From: Felis catus
Lineage: Eukaryota
Direction of reading: 5' to 3'
DNA length: 64,000 nt
Assembly (NCBI RefSeq): GCF_018350175.1
Contig: NC_058375.1
Coordinates: 96,720,001 to 96,784,000, forward strand
Shown: positions 23,739 to 36,328 of the stretch, piece by piece
Numbering within the stretch: the stretch's first letter is position 1
How the letters are laid out: each line of letters opens with the position of its first letter
Translations under genes and position numbers: made by a program
Notes under the pieces: model-generated
What the model saw: only the letters and a program-made list of their open reading frames with translations
What the model was told of the DNA's origin: nothing
Databases searched by the model: none

Positions 23739-24357
23739 TAGGTGTATGTAATTTTCACCAACATTGATTCATTTTCACCTCCTCTAAAGATAGCATTAGG
23801 TAAGGTTTTAACTTCTTAAACCACAGAATTCCCTAGGCCAAGTATCTCATGCCCTAAGTAGTCTGGTTTTAAAAGATTAATCTGAGCTGAAAATACCGAA
23901 CCTGTGCTTGGATGAGATTCCAGAGCAGTAGAGTAGATTTGGGAGTTTTAGTTATTCAGCACGCTCTGTAAGACACTGGGCTAGACCATGTGGGACATGC
24001 AGAAGGGCAGGCCTCGATTATTTTTCAACTGCCACCTTCTCTTCCTCCTTCCCCTCCCTGTAATCCTGCTCCTTTTTGCTCCACTTCCTCCTTTTCTTTG
24101 AATATAGTATTTTTATTTTTGTCTTTTTTTCCAGTTAATACATGTGGAGTAGATGCCGGAACAGCCTAAACCCCTGTGCAGTCAAAAATCTGTATATAGC
24201 TTTTGCCTCCCCCAAAACTTAACTACTGATAGCCTACTATTGACTAGATGCCTTGACCAATGCCAGTTGTCTAATACATCTTCTGTATATTACATGTATT
24301 ATATACTGTATTCTTACAAAAAAGTAAGCTAGAGAAAAAAATGTTAAGAAAATCATG

Positions 24358-24436
24358 CCCAAAGAATACAAAAATACTAATTTGAAGGGACATATACACC
24401 CTGATACTTAAAATTTTTTTTCGATGTTTATATTCT

Positions 24437-24476
<40 letters not shown>

Positions 24477-25244
24477 ATGAGTGGGAGAAGGGCAGAGAGG
24501 GAGACACAGAATCCGAAGAAGGCTCCAGGTTCTGAGCTGTCAGCACAGAGCCCGATGTGAGGCTTGAACTCACCAACTGCGAGATCATGACCTGAGCCGA
24601 AGTCAGATGCTCAACCGACTGAGCCACCCTGGGGCCCCATATGCACCCCAATATTTATAGCAGCATTACAACNNNNNNNNNNNNNNNNNNNNNNNNNNNN
24701 NNNNNNNNNNNNNNNNNNNNNNNNNNNNNNNNNNNNNNNNNNNNNNNNNNNNNNNNNNNNNNNNNNNNNNNNNNNNNNNNNNNNNNNNNNNNNNNNNNNN
24801 NNNNNNNNNNNNNNNNNNNNGAATGAATACATCATACACACACACACACAATGGAATGTTACTCAGCCATGAAAAAGAATAAAATCTTGCCATTTGCAAT
24901 GATGTGGAGGAGCTAGAGTGTATTATGCTAAGGGAAATAAGTCCGAGAAAGACAAATATCATATGATTTCACTTATATGTGGAATTGAAGACACAAAACA
25001 AATGCTCATAGGGGAAAGAAAAAGAGAAGCAAATCAAGAAACAGACTCTGAACTATAGAGAACAAACTGAGGGTTCCCAGAAGGGAGGGGGTGAGGGCTG
25101 GGTTAAATAGGTAATGGGGATTTAGGAGTGCACTTGTGATGAACACAGGGTGATGTATGGAAGTGCTGAATCATTATATTGTACATCTGAACTAATATTG
25201 CACTGTATGGTAACTAACTGGAATTTAAATAGAAACTTAAAAAT
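24358..25244 (+). mobile_element. Carnivore L1 3' fragment (ORF2 end + 3' UTR) containing a minus-strand Can-SINE (24408-24638) and the assembly gap
   Basis: TTTATAGCAGCATT...AATGGAATGTTACTCAGCCATGAAAAAGAATAAAATCTTGCCATTTGCAAT...AACTAACTGGAATTTAAATAGAAAC; (AG)19 at 24438-24475 lies in the SINE. Confidence 0.85.
24673..24820. other. Assembly gap (148 N)
   Basis: Run of N. Confidence 1.
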
Positions 25245-25570
25245 GTAAGAGAAAATACACTTATAGCAGTTTACTGTATTTATCAAAATAAATCTGCATA
25301 CAAGTGAGTCTGCACAGTTCAAACCTGTATTGTTTGAGGCTCAAATGTACTTGGTAAAAATAATAATTCATAGTGCAAAGGGGTATTTAGTAGAAAGCAA
25401 TTTCCCCTTTCTGTCTTCTAGTCACAATGCCCAGAGACAACTACAGCCACTAATTTCTTGGAGATTCTCCAGAGAACATAGCCATATATACGTGTTTGCA
25501 AATATCCACCACATCCCCTTCTTAAATCCAAATAAAAGCAAACATATCTGTACTTAAAAAAATCTACCTT

Positions 25571-25795
25571 GGGGTGCTTGGGTGGCTCAGTCAGTTGATG
25601 TTTGACTGCAGCTCGGGTCATGATCTGCCAGTTCATGAGTTTGAGCCCCGTGTCAGGCTCTGTGCTGATAGCTCAGAGCCTGGAGCCTGCTTCACATTCT
25701 GTGTGTGTGTCTCCCTCTCTGCCTCTCTGCCTCTTCCCCTCTCATGCTCCGTCTCTCTCTCTTTCAAAAATAAATAAAACATTAAAAAAATTATT
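25571..25795 (+). mobile_element. Can-SINE inside an old L1M fragment
   Basis: Full SINE; degenerate TSD AAAATCTACCTT/AATATCTATCTT. Confidence 0.9.
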
Positions 25796-26040
25796 TTTAA
25801 ATATCTATCTTAAGGATCTTCCCACATCAGCATACAAAGCTCTACCTCCTCCTGCACAGTATTCTGTTGAATGAATACATCATAATTCATTTAACCAGCC
25901 TCTATTCTAGATATCTTCTCCAACATGCATCTGCAATATACTTGCTAGTACAGGAAGTCTGAAATTTCCTAATAGAGTAACTGCATTGAAAATTAAAAAT
26001 TTTTGATGCTGGCCTATTACTCACCATGAGGTATACCAAT

Positions 26041-26072
26041 TTTTAAAAATTTTTAAAAAATGTTTATTCATT

Positions 26073-26123
<51 letters not shown>

Positions 26124-26489
26124 AAGCAGGGGACAGGCAGAGAGAGAGGGAGACACCGAATTTGAAGCAGGCTCCAGGCTCTGAACTGTCAGCACAGAGC
26201 CTGACGTGGGGCTCGAACTCACAAGCCATAAGATCATGACCTGAGCTAAAGTTGGCTGCTTAACCAACTGAACCACCCAGGCACCCAAAAAGTTTGTTTA
26301 TTTTGAGAGTGAGTCCATGCATGGGGTGGGGGAGGGGTAGAGAGAGAGAGAGAGAAAGAGAGAATCCCAAGCAGGCTCCCTGCTCTCAGTACAGAACCTG
26401 ACATGGGGCTCGATCCCACAAACCATGAGTTTATGACCTGAGCCCTAATCAAGAGTTTGATGTTTAACTAACTGAGCCACCCAGGCACC
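26041..26489 (-). mobile_element. Two tandem Can-SINEs (26041-26286 with (GA)~23; 26287-26489)
   Basis: Two consecutive reverse-strand SINEs, each ending CACCCAGGCACCC. Confidence 0.92.
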
Positions 26490-26729
26490 CTTATCCTATT
26501 GGTGTCTTGATAAGAAAAGCCTTCCTCCTCCAATATTGTAGAACAATTTTACCATTTTTATTCTAGTACTATTTGGATATTTTTATGTTTAAATATTTGA
26601 TCATCTGAAATTTGTTGTCAAGTAAGGAATATCGCAGGCATCAAGAATCAAATATTTTCAGATTGCCAGTCATTTGTTCTCTAACCATTTATTGAATAAT
26701 CTATCATTTCCTCATTGATAGAAAGTGTT

Positions 26730-28000
26730 CATTTTTAAAAACTTACTTATTGATATGTAACTTGGTAAAGTATATAATATTTTTTTAATATGAAATTTAT
26801 CATCAAGTTGGTTTTCATACAACACCCAGTGCTCATCCCAACAGGTGCCCTCCTCAATGCCCATCACTCACCCCCCCTCCATCCAACCCCCCATCAACCC
26901 TCAGTTTATTCTCAGTTTTTAAGAGTCTCTTATGGTTTGGCTCTCTCCCTCTCTAACTTTTTTTTTTTCCTTCCCCTCCCCCATGGTCTTCTGTTAAGTT
27001 TCTCAGGATCCACATAAATGTGAAAACATATGGTATCTGTCTTTCTCTGTATGTCTTATTTCACTTAGCATAACACTCTCCAGTTCCATCCATGTTGCTA
27101 CAAAAGGCCATGTTTCATTCTTTCTCATTGCCAAGTAGTATTCCATTGTGTATATAAACCACAATTTCTTTATCCATTCATCAGTTGATGGACATTTAGG
27201 CTCTTGCCATAATTTGGCTATTGTTGAAAGTGCTGCATAAACATTGGGGTACAAGTGCTCCTACGCATCAGCACTCCTGTACCCTTGGGTAAATTCCTAG
27301 CAGTGCTATTGCTGGGTCATAAAGTATATAATCTTAAGTATACAGCTAGATTGATTTCTACATATGTTGACACCCTTCAAAGCACTACCCATATTAAGAT
27401 ATAGAACATTGCCAGGACCTCAGAAGGTCTTCTGTGTTGTCTTCAGTCAATGCTCTCTCAAAGAGAATCATAATTCTGACTTTAAGTACCATATATTAGT
27501 TTGACCTATTATTGAAATTTGTATCAGTGGAATCTGTTAATACACATTTTTTGTCTAGCTTCTTTTGCTTCAAATTATGGCTGTGACATTCATCCATTTT
27601 GCTGTGTGCAGGTTAGTTTTATTCTTACATTACTGTGTCGTATTCTAAGAATATCCAAGACTTATGTAGCCATTCTAATCTTAATGGACATTTGGGTTGT
27701 TTCCAGTCTGGGGCTATTCTGAATAATTCTTGTATAGACTTTTTGGAGGACATAAGTACTCATTTCTGTTGGGTATATACCCAGGAGTAGAATTGACGGA
27801 TCCTAGTGTATGCATTTACTAACTTAGTAGAAACAGTCAGTTTACCAAAGTGGTTGAACCAATTTACATTCTCATTGGCAGTGTGTGAGAATGTCCACAA
27901 GTCTACATGTTTTTGCTAATACTTAAGAGGGTCAGTCTTTTCATCTTAATCATTCTGATGCAGTTGTAATAGAGACCACAATTTCTTAATTGGAATGTTT
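26730..28000 (-). mobile_element. Ancient L1M 3' region hosting the felid L1
   Basis: GGACATTTGGGTTGTTTCCAGTCTGGGGCTATT...GGGTATATACCCAGGAGTAGAATTG...CCAAAGTGGTTGAACCAATTTACATTCTCA. Confidence 0.75.
26779..27319 (-). mobile_element. 5'-truncated felid L1 (ORF2 C-terminus + 3' UTR + poly-A) with 13-bp TSD TAAAGTATATAAT
   Basis: ORF 27003-27254 reads ALSTIAKLWQEPKCPSTDEWIKKLWFIYTMEYY... (L1 ORF2p C-terminus); TSD at 26766-26778 and 27320-27332. Confidence 0.92.
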
Positions 28001-28309
28001 TGACATTTTGTTTCACTGTGAAAATGTCTTAAGATGATCACCATGGCAAAGGAAAGGAGGCTAGATATGGAGTAAGAATATCTGAGTTCAAGTTTTGACT
28101 CCCACCTATTGTGGAGAAACGTGTGGGGACTAGAGTAACCTTTCTGACTCACTAGTATACTGGGCATATGATGATAGCTGCCTCATAGGATTATGACAAA
28201 AATTGAACTATTTTAAAATTATTATGAAGATTAAACTATCTAGTAAAGTTAATATATCTGAAAGAACTTTGAAGGGAAAGCACTTGAACAGACCAGTCTT
28301 GATCGAGAT

Positions 28310-28892
28310 CCTACTATAAGCTGGGTGCTATTCTAGGCACCAGGGGGAAATTAGTGAACAAAACAAAGATTTCTGTCCTCCTGGGACTTACCTTCAAAGG
28401 CAGAGACGGACAAAAAAATAATATACTGTGTAATTATTATGTCTATAAGCAAGGGATAAATGCTGCGGACAAAGGAGAGCAAAGATAGAACAGAGTAAGG
28501 AGGTCTAGGAGTTGAGGGGATGTTGCATTTTTAGATAAGAAGGTACACTAGAGTGCACTGAGAAGTGACATTTGAGCCAATGTCAAATGGAGGTGAGAGC
28601 ATGAGCCACACAGAGATCTGGTGGAAGAGAGCGTTCTAGGCAGGGGGAGAGCTGAGGCAAGAGCATGTCTGGCATGTTGAGAGAATTGCAAGAAGGCCAG
28701 TGCAGCTGGAGTGGAGTCAAGTGGGCAGGTAGGGGGCACCGGGAAGAGATCGTAGAGGTAACTAGATGATGGCGGGCCAGCTGGTCATTGCAGGAACAAT
28801 GGCTTTTACTCTGAGTAAAATAGGGATACAACTGGTACTGAGCAAGGAGTGACATGATCCGATTTATTTTTTAAAGGATCACTGTGACTGCA
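28310..28892 (-). mobile_element. L2 fragment
   Basis: GAGAATTGCAAGAAGGCCAGTGCAGCTGGAG...GGAGTGACATGATCCGATTT...AAAGGATCACTGTGACTGC. Confidence 0.8.
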
Positions 28893-29268
28893 TGCGTCTT
28901 ACCAGCTCTGCTGCTATAACAAAATACACGATAACGCTAGACCAGTGGCTTAAACAACAGACATTAATGTTCTCGTGGTTCAGGGAGCTGGAAGTCTGAG
29001 ATCCGGATGCCAGCGTGGTCGGGTTCTGGTGAGGGTTCTCTTCTCTCTTCCTGGCTTGCAGGCTGTCTCCTTCTTGCTGTGGGGAAGCAAAGGGGAGATC
29101 TCTCTTCTCAAGAGGCCATCGATCCTATTGAAGTAGGATGGGGCTCACACTTGTGACCTTACTTAACCTTAATTTCCTCCTTTATAGGTTCTATATCCAT
29201 ATACGGCTGGGGGGTAGGGTATCAACATACAAATTTGGGGTGGGGGGGGATACGATTTAATCCACAGT
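28893..29268 (-). mobile_element. MLT1A-type MaLR LTR
   Basis: GCTGCTATAACAAAATAC...GGCTTAAACAACAGACATT...CTGGAAGTCTGAGATC...CAACATACAAATTTGGGG...ATTTAATCCACA. Confidence 0.8.
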
Positions 29269-30579
29269 AGTTTGCAATTTGAAAGTTTTAATCTCCACAT
29301 TCTCAAACACCACCAAGTTGAAAAGATTTCCTTGAAAAATTAACCACATCATGATTTGTATTCATGGTTCTGAAGGTTTGTTGTTGATGTAACCACTTAC
29401 TCTCTTTGTCCTATTTATGCCTATCAAACTGTGAATGGACAGGATTCATTTATATTTATTTCCTTGCAATATAACTGTCATATAACATTAGTTGCAGGTG
29501 TACAACATGATTTGATATTTACATGTATTGCAAAATGATCACCACAATAAGTATAGTTAACATCCAGCACCACACACAGTTACAATCTTCTTTCCTTGTG
29601 ATGAAAACTTTCAGGAGGTGTTATATGTTTAAATGTGCCAAGATTAACTTTAGGTTCTAAAGCACAGAAGCACCTCCTCGGAACCCTTTTTATCTTGAAT
29701 GTTGCCCTGCTTCTGCAATAAAATCCAGCTCCTTCTCTCCTTCACTCCAAATCCAACAAGGTCACTCTGCATTTTTGAATGGAAAATACAGACTTTATTT
29801 AGATGTCCCTGTTAAGGATAAGCAAAGTCCACAGCACCCAGACTTTGAATGGGGTGTGTTTATTTTAAGCTTATGTGGTGTGTTTCCAATCATTTTTACT
29901 GTGAAATTTGCGAGTGTGCGTTTGGAAACACTTCACCTAAGTTTAGCCAAGTAAGTGAGCATTTTCCTTCTGTTGAAGAAAGGCAGTTTCACATCATGCT
30001 TTCTTTGTGTTGGGATCCATGAAAGGACTGTTTATTTGCTTCCAGTCTGCAATGAGAAGACCCAGGGGCTTGAAGTTTTCTAGCTGGTCAACGAAACTAA
30101 CGATTTTATAGGGTAGTAAAACTCTTTTAAAACAAAGTTTGTGAGTTCCTTTATTAGTCAAGAAACAAATTCTACTTCTTATAACAACACATCCTGTAGA
30201 TTAAAAGAACAGTACATCGTTTCACAAACTTCAAGGTCAGCATATACTTTGAGTGGATGTTACTTTAAGAGTTCAAAGAAAAGCCTTGAAATTAGCATTC
30301 CACCTCTCTGGGCACGCTATTCAATAAATACCAATAAATACGACAAAAGAAAGAACCTGTATGCATCTAAACTTAATTAAGTATTTTTCCCACTTTTTAT
30401 TTTGTAAGTTCCTCCCTCTTATCTTCCTGTGAAGGGACATTTCAACAAAGCAATTACATTCCACACAGCTTCTTATTAAATACAATTGTAACATATTGCT
30501 TTAACTATGATCAGCCTAGGAAATTAAAACTATAACTTCTGATTTCCACAGTACATTCGATAAATTTTCATCTTCGTTG

Positions 30580-31620
30580 TTTCTACCCTGGTCCACGCCA
30601 TCAGGCTTTCTCAGTAGGCTCCTGTACCAGATTTCTGTCTGGCTTCTCAAATTCTATCGTCACCCTCCTCCTTCTCTATGGAGCAATCCGAACTATCCAT
30701 CTAAAATGTAAATCAGATTCTGCCACTCCTCTCCTAAAAACTTCACATCGCCTCAGGTCTCACTGTTGGCCTGGAATGTTCAGGTCTCCAGTTGTCACTT
30801 GGCTCCCTCTTCCTTGTCAGTCAAGTCTCAGCTAAACTGTCACCTTCTCAAGCAGACTTTCTCCACGACTTCTGATGTAGCCTGTGTCTTCTCCTAAATA
30901 GCCATTATTTGATTCTGATTCATTTTCTATTTTAATTACAGTACCATTACTACTGGAAGTTATCTTGATCACTTACTTGCTTTGGGTTTACTGTTGACGG
31001 GGTTCAAGATGTGACACCCTAAAATATGGCAGCTTGGCATACTGAATAGTTTAAACAAGCAGTTTGAGAAAATAGGAGAAGCAGGCAGGTCTCTCTGACC
31101 TTCTCCCTGCCCTTCTTCTCTGAAGTGGGTCATAAGACCTTCATAGGAGAGGTGCCCTCTCCAGACCTGGAGGAAAAAAAGGAGCCTCTGTATATCCAAG
31201 TTGGAGGAATAGAATCTGAGCAAACAGGCTTTGCTAAGTTTCCCGGGTTTACTACTCTCAACTCATATTCTTTGCCCTATCACATCTTTCCCTGACTTTC
31301 AATTCTTCATTAATAGCCTCAAAACCACTCAGGTTTAATAATTTATTCTGATCTTTATTTCCTTACAGAGTCTCCTGTGTCACATCAAACTTGTATTAAA
31401 TAAATTTGTATGCTTTTCTTCTGTTAATGTATCTTTGTTAGATGGAGTTTCAGACCCAGCCAGGGACCCTAACAGGGTAGAAGAAAACCTCTTCCTCCCC
31501 TACACTGTCATCTTCCCCAGGAAACAAGCGACCTTGTAGGTTTCTTCATTGCTGTAAACCAACACCTAAAAAACAATGCCTGTTTACAATGGGTACTTTG
31601 TTTTTTTGAATGAATGTGTG
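30580..31620 (+). mobile_element. L2 3' portion ending in GAATGAATG, split by a solo LTR
   Basis: CTAAAATGTAAATCAGAT...AAGTCTCAGCTAAACTGTCACCTTCTCA before the LTR; L2 terminal motif after it. Confidence 0.7.
30995..31504 (+). mobile_element. Solo ERV1-class LTR (MER34-like), 510 bp, TG...CA, 4-bp TSD CTGT
   Basis: Starts TGACGGGGTTCAAGATGTGACACCCTAAAATATGG, ends CTCCCCTACA; ATTAAATAAA poly-A signal near 31396; CTGT at 30991-30994 and 31505-31508. Confidence 0.8.
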
Positions 31621-32899
31621 CTAACTATACTAAAGAACAGAGTACGCAGACCAATGAGGAATACACAAATGAATCAGAGAGACCCTGCTCTCAAGAATCT
31701 TGGGGTCTACTGGGAAAGAAAACAGAAATAACATGCTATTAGTTCTGGAGAAGCAAGAGCTGACATCCAGCTGTAGGAAACCAAGGCTGGCCTTGAGTAG
31801 GAGATTGTATTTTAGCTGAAAGCTGAAAGATAGGTATTTTGGTATTTTCTATTTTATTCAATGTTCTCTTTGTCCTGCTTTGTTAGACGAACTTGACATC
31901 TGACTGCTTAACTCACCCCTCTTTCAAAGCATGTTGGCACTGCCCTTGGGTTTGAATGTTCCTATTGTTCTGTGAGTTTGCACTGGATTCATTTGGTCAT
32001 TTGCAGGTAAGTGCACCCATGGGCAAAAATGCACATTAATGCGTGAAACGTAGTAAGTAATACATATTTCAGACAATAAATTAGTTTGTTTAACTGAAAT
32101 AAAATCTTCCATGTTACTGCTTTTGTAATTGAGCATATTTTAGCATTAGCATACAAATTAGCCCATAGACCTAGGCAAATAAAAATGCTAATAAAATGTA
32201 AAGATACAATAGAACATTCATACTGAATGTGGTTAGGCTGTTAATGTTAGACTACATTACATATATCCTTTCCATAATACAGTAAATATGGACATTTTCT
32301 AAGCCAGTGAAAGATTTTGTTGATCAGAATTTTTAAAATTCAAGATAATTTTTACTATCATCTGTGGGAAGAAAAACAGGATGAATGTTCTTCTATTCTG
32401 CATAGAAGGCAAATATTTGTTTTATCCGCGTACTCCACTTCTTCCTCACCCTCTGCCACCAGGATACTTGAGAATGGCTTCATCCAAATAATGATTTGGC
32501 TTACGATTACTAGAGATTCAAGTTTTCATGAAAGAAACAAGTGAGCGTACAAAAATAAATGAAACCGAACATTTCTCCCTATACTTGCCTTGCTTTGGCA
32601 CAAAGCCAGGCACAAGTCCATGGACACTGTTCACATGGACACCGATGTGAGTGATGGCCCTGAAACTGTAGGCACACGAACTGTGCCACCATATGAGACA
32701 CCTTTGATTGTACAAAGGAGAAAGTAAGCGTGGGTCATTTCGGAAAAATTGGGAATTTATACCTGCCATCCTGAAATTTTCTAAGCAGAAGGGTCTATTT
32801 AATTCTCATTAAGAACACTCTGCACGATAGTATCCAACGAAACAAATTCCCCACCTTGTCCGAAAAAAATATATCTTTGAAGCAAATCAGTACAGTCTA

Positions 32900-33260
32900 T
32901 TTGGGGAGGACACTGTGGATTGTTTACCTAAATGCCCATCTTCCCCCCCTTCATATTTGTTAAGAGATGCTCCCCCCCACCCCTGAGTTTTGTTGAGATG
33001 CTGTGCAGGCATGCAGTTTCTAAGATGCTGGCTGTCTTTTTGGGTGTTCCATTACTCTTTGCACCGTTGGTTTAGGAAAGGGCATTTGGACAATGCCGCC
33101 CAATGAGCTGAAGGGAAAGTCTTCCTGGGAGCCTTTGGGGAGAGGTTTCCTTGGTCTCCAAAAAATAAAGAAATGGGGAAAGGAGAAACCCATGTCCCTC
33201 TTTTCAGTTTTTAGCATTGTGATACTTGTGTTACTTGGTGCCTCTCCAGCCATCTTGGGA
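32900..33260 (+). mobile_element. Old MaLR LTR fragment (MLT1J/K-like)
   Basis: CAATGAGCTGAAGGGAAAGTCTTCCTGGG...CAGCCATCTTGGGACC. Confidence 0.5.
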
Positions 33261-33714
33261 CCTAACGCATGGGGTATGCATCTTGAAATGTATCTGTGTT
33301 TATCTTATGGATGGTTAGAAGTAGCTCAAAGAAACCTTGGAGATTATCAAATTCAACTGTATCCTTGATTTTTTGTTAAACCGGTTTCCATATTACTTGA
33401 CTTATTAATATTCCCCATGGAAATCATAACTATTAGGTCAACTGTTAGATTTTGGAAACAGTAATGAACATAGGTACAATTTGATTATTTGGTTAGGTGC
33501 CATTTTACAGAGCGATGCTTGGAACATGACTCTTTTAATTGTGTGGTAATTTCCAAAGTAGTATCCTACCAGAATGAATTCATTGGAGTGGGCAGCTTAC
33601 TTCTAGAATATTTAAAAAGCAGAAGCTAGGCTTACTAAGATGGGTGAATTTAATACTTAAAAAAATTCCAGAGGTGATGAACAATGCTCTTAGCCTTGTC
33701 ACAAATATAACTAT

Positions 33715-33965
33715 TTAGCTATGAGTGTTGGCTTTTATGCTAGACCATATGTTAAGTGCTTCCTTGACTCAAACTCAACTCCAACTGAACTCCATTCAGT
33801 TCTCACAACCACTCAGGTGAGCACTGTTATCATACCCCTTTCCTGGATGAGGAAATGGAGTTTAGGTAAGGTTAAATAGTTGAATAGCTTACTTGAGATC
33901 ACAGAGCCAGGAAGTAGAAAAACTGGGATTTGCAGTCTGACTCTAGACCTCAAGCTCCTAATCAT
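33715..33965 (-). mobile_element. MIR
   Basis: TTCTCACAACCACTCAGGTGAGCACTGTTATC...GATGAGGAAATGGAG...GATCACAGAGCCAGGAAGTAG...TCTGACTCTAGA. Confidence 0.75.
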
Positions 33966-34089
33966 TGCAGTTTTCTGCCCAAGAGTCAAGATAATTTATT
34001 ATTGATTGAGGAATGTGGCAGGCACCATTGGGTGCCTACTTGATACCTATTCTTTCTCCTCTGTTTGGGGTGACTTATGATCAATTTAA

Positions 34090-34525
34090 TGAACTGTGGC
34101 AATCCCATTTTCTTTTTGCCACTGATCTATGGTAGGCATGTGACCATTTTCTAGCCAATAAGAGAGATTCTAGTGGGTGGGGGCGGGGGCAGGTAGTCTG
34201 GGAAGGAGTTTTCTCCTTCATAAAAATGGGAACAGCACTGCTTTTCCTTCCCTTCCTGCTCATACAATGACCTCTGAGGATGTGCCATCTGGAGCTGTGG
34301 CAGCCACATTGCAATCAAGAGGTGACAAGCCTGGAGATAGAAGCCAAAAAGCATATAGTGGTAGAGACCGGGCACAAAAAGAACTTGGGTCCTTAGTGAC
34401 ATGATTGTGCTGCTGAACTAATGCTGAGACTATTTAACCTCTGAACCTTGTGTTAAAGATATAATAAATGACCTCATACGTCAAGCTGTTAGTCAGATAC
34501 TTTGTTTCTGGCCAATAGTATCCTA
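34090..34525 (+). mobile_element. Old MaLR LTR (MLT1J/K-like)
   Basis: GGAGCTGTGGCAGCCACATTGC...AAGAACTTGGGTCCTTAGTGACATG...ATAATAAATG...TCCTAATGGACA. Confidence 0.7.
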
Positions 34526-34638
34526 ATGGACACAGTCTAGGCAGGAAAAGACGTTTTCTTGGAGGTGATGTGAAAGCAGATGATGTGGAGATTATCAAGT
34601 TACTGTAGGTAATAATTCAGAAAAAAATACTCTAGCTT

Positions 34639-35074
34639 TGTCTCAGATCTGGATAAATCTGAGCAATCCACATATCTGTGCTGGATATTTTCCCCCTTTT
34701 CTCTACAGATGCATGGTTTCCTCTTTGTGTGAGATGGACTGCATCAAAGGACTTTTTTGCCCTCAGGCTTCTGGGCTTCTGGTTGGATTCGGCCACTGGG
34801 ATGTACCAGCAGGAGACTGGGAGAGAGAGGTGAGTGAGCTATAAATCCCCCAGCTTCCTCCTTGGGTTTTTACTTAGGCTCACTGCATCCCTTGCCTGAA
34901 GGTCACAGGCTCCTGTCTGGCTGCCCTTTTTGTGCTGAATTTTGGTTCCTTCCCCTTGCTTCTACAGATCTATCAGCTTGCAGTCCCAGGGTTCCACACT
35001 TCCCTGTGGCTCCCCACACCCTGCCTACCCTTTGTAAAGTACCATTTGTTTCCTGCTAGGCTCTGACCGATACA
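34639..35074 (+). mobile_element. ERVL-class LTR (LTR33-like)
   Basis: ATGGACTGCATCAA...GGCTTCTGGTTGGATTCGGCCACTGGG...CAGCAGGAGA...TTTCCTGCTAGGCTCTGACCGATACA. Confidence 0.65.
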
Positions 35075-36328
35075 ATGGTGTGAACAAAATCACTGCAGTT
35101 GTTGAAACTTCGCCTAGTCTATCTGACACATGAGATTCTGTGGAGTTATTCATAGTGTAAATAAGGGCTTTCCTCAACCATTAAAGGGAGATAGGAGACT
35201 ACATAGTGTGGAGCCACGTTGAAAAAGTAAAAGTATCCTAGCTCAGAGAAAACTCTCTACTTTGATGAAAAAAAAATCAAAGAAGGCTACCTGGAAGAGA
35301 TGTTATTTGGGCTGAGGATGAAAAGGATTTCTAAAAGACAAAACGAGTGGGGAGAGTGTAAGGCAAGTGAGGGAAGAGAGAGAGCTCAAGAGTTCTTGAA
35401 AAATTAGCGCTGGAGTGGACCTTTATTCTTTGTTTAATGTTCTTTATTTAATGTTCTTTATTTAATGTTAGTTCTCCTTCCACCTCCTTACAGATGAATA
35501 AGCTTGACGCTGAGATTTGGCCAGGGTCAAACAGCCAGTAAATAGCATGCAGGACTCCAATGCAACGCTGTTAGTTCTAATCCCACTTTCTACCTCCACA
35601 TCACCCTACTTCATCTCGGGCAATCTCTCTCATTAGCCTATGACCTCCTTGAGAGCTGGGCCTGTTTTCTTCATCCTTGCACCCCGGTACCTAGCATAAT
35701 TTCTGACATAAAGTCAACACCACCAGCTACAAACAGTAAGCACCCACCTTCTGTGAGGCACTATGCAGATGTTTTACATGCGCGTCATGTAATCTTCACA
35801 GTAATTTGAAGTGGTGTAATTGTCTCCACTTTTCAGCCAAAGATGCAGCGGCTCAGAGAGGGTGTCTAATTTGTCCGATGCCACACAGCAGTGTCTAGGA
35901 CTCTATTTTACTTTCCATCATGGGCGTCCAATAAGATTTGTTGAATGAGTTAATGAACGAACAAGAAACATCCACTGAGCTCAAGTGATCGGTTGTGACC
36001 ACCCTGGAGCACCCGCCACTTCGGGCAGCGGACTCTACTCTCTATCTCTCCAGTAAAGTACACCCTCTCTTGGAAGTGCTCCCGGGCTCCACCCCCAACT
36101 CCGCCCCGCTCTCCAGCCACGCCTCCACCTCGGAGTTCTTTCCGCTCTTCCCAACCGAGTTTTCGCTTGGCAGCAGCCGACGCACGGAGAGGGCCTCTCT
36201 CGGCCCTGCGATGTGTTGCGGGTTCCATTCCCCTGCCCCTCCCTTCGCCCTCCCTCACTCTCCAAACTTCTTTTTTCCACCCTCTTCAAACTTCACTCAT
36301 CCGAGTGCCCGCCTCCTTCACTCCCACT

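Larger units (their letters stand above)
24145..25347 (+). mobile_element. Tigger2-family (TcMar) DNA transposon relic, split by an L1 insertion
   Basis: Left part GCAGTCAAAAATCTGTATATAGCTTTTGCCTCCCCCAAAACTTAACTACT...AAAGTAAGCTAGAGAAAA; right TIR GCACAGTTCAAACCTGTATTGTTTGAGGCTCAAATG followed by TA. Confidence 0.7.

Noticed and set aside
35433-35470. Short local duplications (14-bp unit here; also ~52837-52868 and ~15893-16045)
   Set aside because: Ordinary slippage or microhomology duplications with no functional signal.
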